The translations under genes and the position numbers were made by a program. The notes below the pieces were generated by a model. That model saw only the letters and a list, made by a program, of their open reading frames with translations, was not told the origin of the DNA and searched no databases. From the NCBI GenBank assembly GCA_027486005.1, contig JAIXPZ010000078.1, forward strand, positions 1,849-65,848: 64,000 bases of DNA. The letters run 5' to 3'. Of the stretch, positions 59,650 to 64,000 are shown piece after piece (position 1 is the first letter of the stretch; each line of letters opens with the position of its first letter). This DNA comes from Legionellales bacterium. Lineage in GTDB: Bacteria > Pseudomonadota > Gammaproteobacteria > JAGOUN01.

Positions 59650-61496
59650 TGAGCAGCCTCTTTATTGCTTGGCGCGTTATTCAATAAATATTCATCCATC
59701 ACTTTTCTTGCTACGATTGGAGCAGTTTCTCCGGTGTGCTCAGCAACCACCGCCACCGCTATTCTAGGATGATCTGCCGGTGCAAATGCTATAAATAAAC
59801 CATGATCACGCAATTCTTCTATTGAAGATGCAGAGGAGTTATCTTTGATGGAATAAACTTGTGCGGTTCCTGTTTTTGCTGCAACTGAGTAAGTAGCATT
59901 ACGACCAAAACGAAATCCTCGACCCTCAGAAGATTGAATCACATCTTGCATGGCTTTGATGATAGCGGTGTACGCTTCCATTTGTGCAAACTTGGCTTGA
60001 TAGGACAGCTTTTTTGGAATAGAGGTAACGTGTTTACTGGTCATATTTTTATAGCTTTTCACAAGATGTGGTTGGTAACCTTGACCAAACATTGATAAAG
60101 TTGCAGTCGCTACGGCTAATTGTAATGGACTTACTTGCATAAATCCTTGTCCAATACTCGTATTTAAAGTGTCTCCTGGATACCACGATTGTCCCCATCG
60201 TTTTTCTTTCCATGCGGGGCCTGGAATTAAGCCTGATGGTTCGCCTGCCAAATCAATTTCCGTGGCCTGCCCAAAGCCAAATGCACTTAGTGCTTGGTCT
60301 ATATTTTTAATGCCCATTTTAAGAGATAACCAATAAAAATACGTATCACAGGAGACAACAATGGCTCTATGCATATCCACCCAACCATGTCCTTGATGGT
60401 TCCAGTCATGAAAAACATGCGCAGAGTTTTTGAGTGTGAAATATCCGGGATCAAAAATACGATCTTTCGAAGTGACGATTTCATCACCTAATGCTGCCAC
60501 GCCAATAAAAGGCTTTATGGCTGATCCTGGAGGATATAATCCATTTAGCGCACGATTATACATAGGGCGTGCTGGATCATTTCTAAAAAAATCATAGTCA
60601 GTTTGGGTAATTCCCTGCACAAAAAGATTGGGGTCAAAGCTGGGAACACTGACCATCGCAAGCACTTCGCCATTATTGGGGTCAATAGCCACCATGGCGC
60701 CATGAAATTTCCCAAATGCCTCAATCGCCACTTTTTGTAAATGTTCATCAATGGTTAGGTGTAATGTTTTTCCAGGAATAGGTGGGATAATTTTAAGTGT
60801 TCTTACGATATTACCCGATGCGTCAATTTCGATTTGTTTAAAACCGACTTGCCCATGGAGTATATTTTCATATTTTACTTCGATACCTGTTTTTCCAATA
60901 TAATCGCTGGTGCTGTAATTAGCCTCATCGAGTTTTGCAAATTCTTGCGCATTAATTCGACCTACATAACCTAATACGTGTGCAAAAGCAGGGCCTTTAA
61001 GATAATCTCGCAACATTCTTGCTTTAATTTCCACTCCTGGAAATCGATAACGATTGATAGAAAAAAGTGCAATGTCTTTTTCCGATAATTTTAAAATAAG
61101 TGGAATGCTTTGAAAGCGACGTTGTTGATGCAGTGCTTTATAAAATAATTTAATTTGTTCTGGTGTAATAAGTAATATTTTTGACAATTCATCTATGGTT
61201 TGTTTCATGTTGGTGATTTCGCTTGGAATAATATCCAGGCTGAAAACAGGAATATTTCGAGCAAGTAAAACCCCATTACGGTCATAAACCAAGCCGCGCA
61301 CAGGTGCAATGGGTACAACTTCAATACGATTTTGTTTAGACAGGATTGTGTAGTAAGAGTGTTTAAACACTTGTAAATAAACAAGACGCGCTAATAAAAA
61401 GAGCACTAATAACAAAATAAATGCTATAGCGACGACAACACGACGATTAATTATTCGCTTTTCTTGATGGGGATTTTTAAAGACAAGACGGCTCAT
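59646..61496 (-). CDS. mrdA: Penicillin-binding protein 2 (elongasome transpeptidase)
   Basis: Transpeptidase motifs SAIK, SVD-like and KTGTA in a 616-aa ORF with an N-terminal TM helix. Confidence 0.9.
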   Translation of the reverse strand: MSRLVFKNPHQEKRIINRRVVVAIAFILLLVLFLLARLVYLQVFKHSYYTILSKQNRIEVVPIAPVRGLVYDRNGVLLARNIPVFSLDIIPSEITNMKQTIDELSKILLITPEQIKLFYKALHQQRRFQSIPLILKLSEKDIALFSINRYRFPGVEIKARMLRDYLKGPAFAHVLGYVGRINAQEFAKLDEANYSTSDYIGKTGIEVKYENILHGQVGFKQIEIDASGNIVRTLKIIPPIPGKTLHLTIDEHLQKVAIEAFGKFHGAMVAIDPNNGEVLAMVSVPSFDPNLFVQGITQTDYDFFRNDPARPMYNRALNGLYPPGSAIKPFIGVAALGDEIVTSKDRIFDPGYFTLKNSAHVFHDWNHQGHGWVDMHRAIVVSCDTYFYWLSLKMGIKNIDQALSAFGFGQATEIDLAGEPSGLIPGPAWKEKRWGQSWYPGDTLNTSIGQGFMQVSPLQLAVATATLSMFGQGYQPHLVKSYKNMTSKHVTSIPKKLSYQAKFAQMEAYTAIIKAMQDVIQSSEGRGFRFGRNATYSVAAKTGTAQVYSIKDNSSASSIEELRDHGLFIAFAPADHPRIAVAVVAEHTGETAPIVARKVMDEYLLNNAPSNKEAAQ

Positions 61497-61790
61497 ACTC
61501 CCTCTGCCTGTATCAGGATCAGAGATAAAATGAAACTGTGATTTTTATCCATATTGCCCCCACTAGCGCAAGAGGCAACATTGTATAAGATATTATATTG
61601 ATTTTACAGCATCTACAGTTATTTCATTCACCGGAACAAGCCCCAAAGCTTAAATAAGTATTTATTTGACACTTTCAAACTCGATTTGTTTCTTACGAAT
61701 TTAGGATTATGGGCTTACAAATGCTGTGTGCTCGAAAGTGTCAAATCAATACTTAACACGTTTCCAACGGCTGAATCTAGGTTAAATAAT

Positions 61791-64000
61791 TTATATACCC
61801 TTTATCATTTGCTGATAATACACAAAGAACTGCTCAGCTTCTGCTTGAGCGTGTTTATAAGCCGTGGTGATTGTTGGGGAGGCATTACGCGCCGCTTGCT
61901 GAAGTTCTAATAAGGCATTCTGTAAACGCGGTGCTTTAGCATAACATAACGCACCGATAAGGCTGTGTAGGTGTTTGCGTAGTTCGGCATAATCTTGCTG
62001 TTGCACCGTTCTGGCTAACTGCGGTAAGTAGTTTTCTATCAAGTCTTTTGCCAATGCTGCAAAAATTTTGTTGGCTTGAGCGTCTGAGCCAATTAATGCG
62101 ACTGTTTCGGCAAAATCAATCACGGGGATGGTGTTATTACTTTTTTTAGAAGTCGCTTGAGCGACGGTGGGGGCAGCGTAAGCATCGATCAGTATAAGCC
62201 CGGGGACCTCGATAGCTTCTCCTTTGCCGAAGCGTTCCCATACTTTTTCCGCTTGGTGAGGCGATAAAGGTTTGCTTAAAATACCTTGCATACCTGAGTG
62301 ACTACAAAAGGTTTGGACATCGATCGAGCCATGCGCGGTTAAAGCAATAATCGGAATCATGGTGGTCGTGTTAAGTTCTTTTTCTTTTTGGCGAATCGCG
62401 GCCGCCACTTCATAACCCTGTATATCCGGTAAGCCAATATCCATGTAAATGAAAGCATATTTTTCATGGAGAAACGCTTCCAATGCTGCAGCCCCGGTGC
62501 CTGCAATGTCAACCCGAAAACCGGCTTTATTCAGTAGCGCTTGTGTCGCTAGCTGTATCATCGGATTATCTTCGACCAGTAGAAGCAGTGGCGCATCCGC
62601 TGATAGAGTGTTTTGAGTAACAGGGGCAGGGTTAGACGCCACTCGCTGGGTGATGGAGGGCGCCACCTGCGGCGTCGAGGTATTTGCCTTTGATCGCTGC
62701 GCTGCGGGCAAGTCCGCTTCTGATGCCGCCATCAGTGGCAGGAACACCGTAAAGGCACTCCCTTGGCCGATAGTACTCGCGATGTTAATTTCACCCTGCA
62801 TGTGTTTGACGTATTGGTCAACGATATACAATCCAATGCCACTGCCTTCGATTTTTCCTTCATACGAGGGTGTTAAACGATGTAGTTTTTCAAAAATCGC
62901 TTGGTGCTTATCTTCAGGAATGCCAGGGCCGGTATCTTTAACTTCAATGCCGACTCTAATTTTGTTGTCGTTCAAGTGCTCAGCGATAAACGCCCGCACG
63001 TTGACCTCACCTTTGTCTGTAAACTTTACTGCATTACCGATTAAATTTAACACCACGCGATAGAGGCTGCCACGGTGCCCAAGAAATGCTTTGGGCAGAT
63101 GCGCGTCATAGTGAATATGAAATTTTAAGCCTTTACTCTGCGCGCGCGGCACGAATAAGGCATGAATTTCTTCTAACAACGCAGACAAAGAAAAAACGAC
63201 TTGTTTAGAATTAAGCTCTGCCATCTCTAACTTCGACAGCTCCAAACAGCTATCGAAAAACTTCAACACTTGTTCTGCGCTGGCATGTACTTGCTCCGCT
63301 TTTTCAGGCGTACGCCACTCAGGGTCAAGCATCATTAATTGCGTAAAAGTGACGATGCCTGTCATCGGCGATTTCACGTCATGGCTCATATTCGCGAGAA
63401 ATTCAGTTTTGGCTCGATTGGCAGCTTCGGCAGCGTTTTTTGATTCAATCAGCGCTGTTTCCATGTTTTTTTTGTCGGTGATATCAAAAGAAATACCAAG
63501 AATACCTACAACATTTTTATATTCATCAAGTAAAGGAGTTTTTCTGGAAAGAAAGACTCTTGTCGTGCCGTCCGAAAGCTGAGCGGTTTCTTCATCGCAA
63601 AACTCCTTATTTGTATTTTTAACTTTTTCATTTATAGCATTTAAAGAATCTTTTTGATCTGACCAAGCTGTATCTTCATTTGTTTTTCCAATAATTTCAT
63701 TTCTACTTTTAAAACCAGCGCTTGTGGCGTGCAAATCATTGCAGCCTAAATATCGATTATCATTATCCATCCAATAAACATGCCCAGGTAATCGAGCAAT
63801 AATATTTTCCAAAGCAATTTTGGAACTTTCTTTCTGTTGAAATAGTTTTTCTTCTACAGTTTTTTGTGCGGTAATATCAATGGATATTCCCATAATACCA
63901 GCAATGTTTCCTGAGTCATCTTTAAAAGGAATTTTGCAGCTAAGCTTTGTGATTTTTTGGTGATTAAATATTCCTGCTTCTTCCGCTATCAGTGGCATAC
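61791..64000 (-). CDS. Hybrid sensor histidine kinase (PAS domains, HisKA, HATPase, REC and C-terminal HPt), partial because the N-terminus lies beyond the window end
   Basis: H-box MSHDVKSPM, HATPase G-boxes (DTGPGI, GSGIGL), a receiver (LLVEDNPMIQ...YMDIGLPD) and a C-terminal HPt-like helix (ELRKHLHSLIGA). Two PAS-like segments sit in the N-terminal part. The ORF is open at 64000. Confidence 0.8.
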   Translation of the reverse strand, partial: MPLIAEEAGIFNHQKITKLSCKIPFKDDSGNIAGIMGISIDITAQKTVEEKLFQQKESSKIALENIIARLPGHVYWMDNDNRYLGCNDLHATSAGFKSRNEIIGKTNEDTAWSDQKDSLNAINEKVKNTNKEFCDEETAQLSDGTTRVFLSRKTPLLDEYKNVVGILGISFDITDKKNMETALIESKNAAEAANRAKTEFLANMSHDVKSPMTGIVTFTQLMMLDPEWRTPEKAEQVHASAEQVLKFFDSCLELSKLEMAELNSKQVVFSLSALLEEIHALFVPRAQSKGLKFHIHYDAHLPKAFLGHRGSLYRVVLNLIGNAVKFTDKGEVNVRAFIAEHLNDNKIRVGIEVKDTGPGIPEDKHQAIFEKLHRLTPSYEGKIEGSGIGLYIVDQYVKHMQGEINIASTIGQGSAFTVFLPLMAASEADLPAAQRSKANTSTPQVAPSITQRVASNPAPVTQNTLSADAPLLLLVEDNPMIQLATQALLNKAGFRVDIAGTGAAALEAFLHEKYAFIYMDIGLPDIQGYEVAAAIRQKEKELNTTTMIPIIALTAHGSIDVQTFCSHSGMQGILSKPLSPHQAEKVWERFGKGEAIEVPGLILIDAYAAPTVAQATSKKSNNTIPVIDFAETVALIGSDAQANKIFAALAKDLIENYLPQLARTVQQQDYAELRKHLHSLIGALCYAKAPRLQNALLELQQAARNASPTITTAYKHAQAEAEQFFVYYQQMIKGI

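Overview
This 64-kb window reads as a low-GC gammaproteobacterial chromosome of the Legionellales type, most likely Coxiella burnetii; I could not run a search to confirm the organism. The clues are an ankyrin-repeat ORF, a PmrA-type tandem box, AddAB instead of RecBCD, an HU protein with a histone-H1-like tail, and a PPi-type phosphofructokinase. Coding density is high and most of the window is housekeeping genes in E. coli-like syntenic blocks:
- mlaE-mlaF-mlaD
- pepN-fumC
- queA
- dnaQ/rnhA/yafS-like/mltD/folD
- rplM-rpsI-sspA-sspB
- dolP-diaA-yraN-lpoA divergent from rsmI
- mpl
- uvrC-pgsA
- tRNA-Gly/Cys/Leu
- kdsB, tldD-pmbA
- tatD, mltB-rodA-mrdA

Accessory or unusual material sits between these blocks:
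- A vapBC pair next to an AAA ATPase.
- Two large hypothetical ORFs; the 642-aa one is preceded by a textbook PmrA-type direct-repeat box, so it is a candidate Dot/Icm effector.
- A co-directional repair/signalling cluster: UDG-like gene, QseB/PmrA-like response regulator, histidine kinase, AddB, AddA.
- A 1.25-kb islet at tRNA-Leu, bounded by 97-bp direct repeats of the tRNA 3' end and carrying a HEPN/MNT (HepT/MntA-like) toxin-antitoxin pair.
- A 930-aa ankyrin-repeat gene with an internal 390-bp tandem duplication.
- A roughly 195-bp MITE-like element with 18-bp terminal inverted repeats, plus a partial copy and a solo TIR elsewhere.
- Short tandem repeats and a shared terminator module.
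- An unannotated 57-aa Trm112/YcaR-like ORF overlapping the uvrC start.

No rRNA, CRISPR array or transposase gene was seen. The PmrA box with its 642-aa ORF and the tRNA-Leu HEPN/MNT islet are the strongest candidates for something new.
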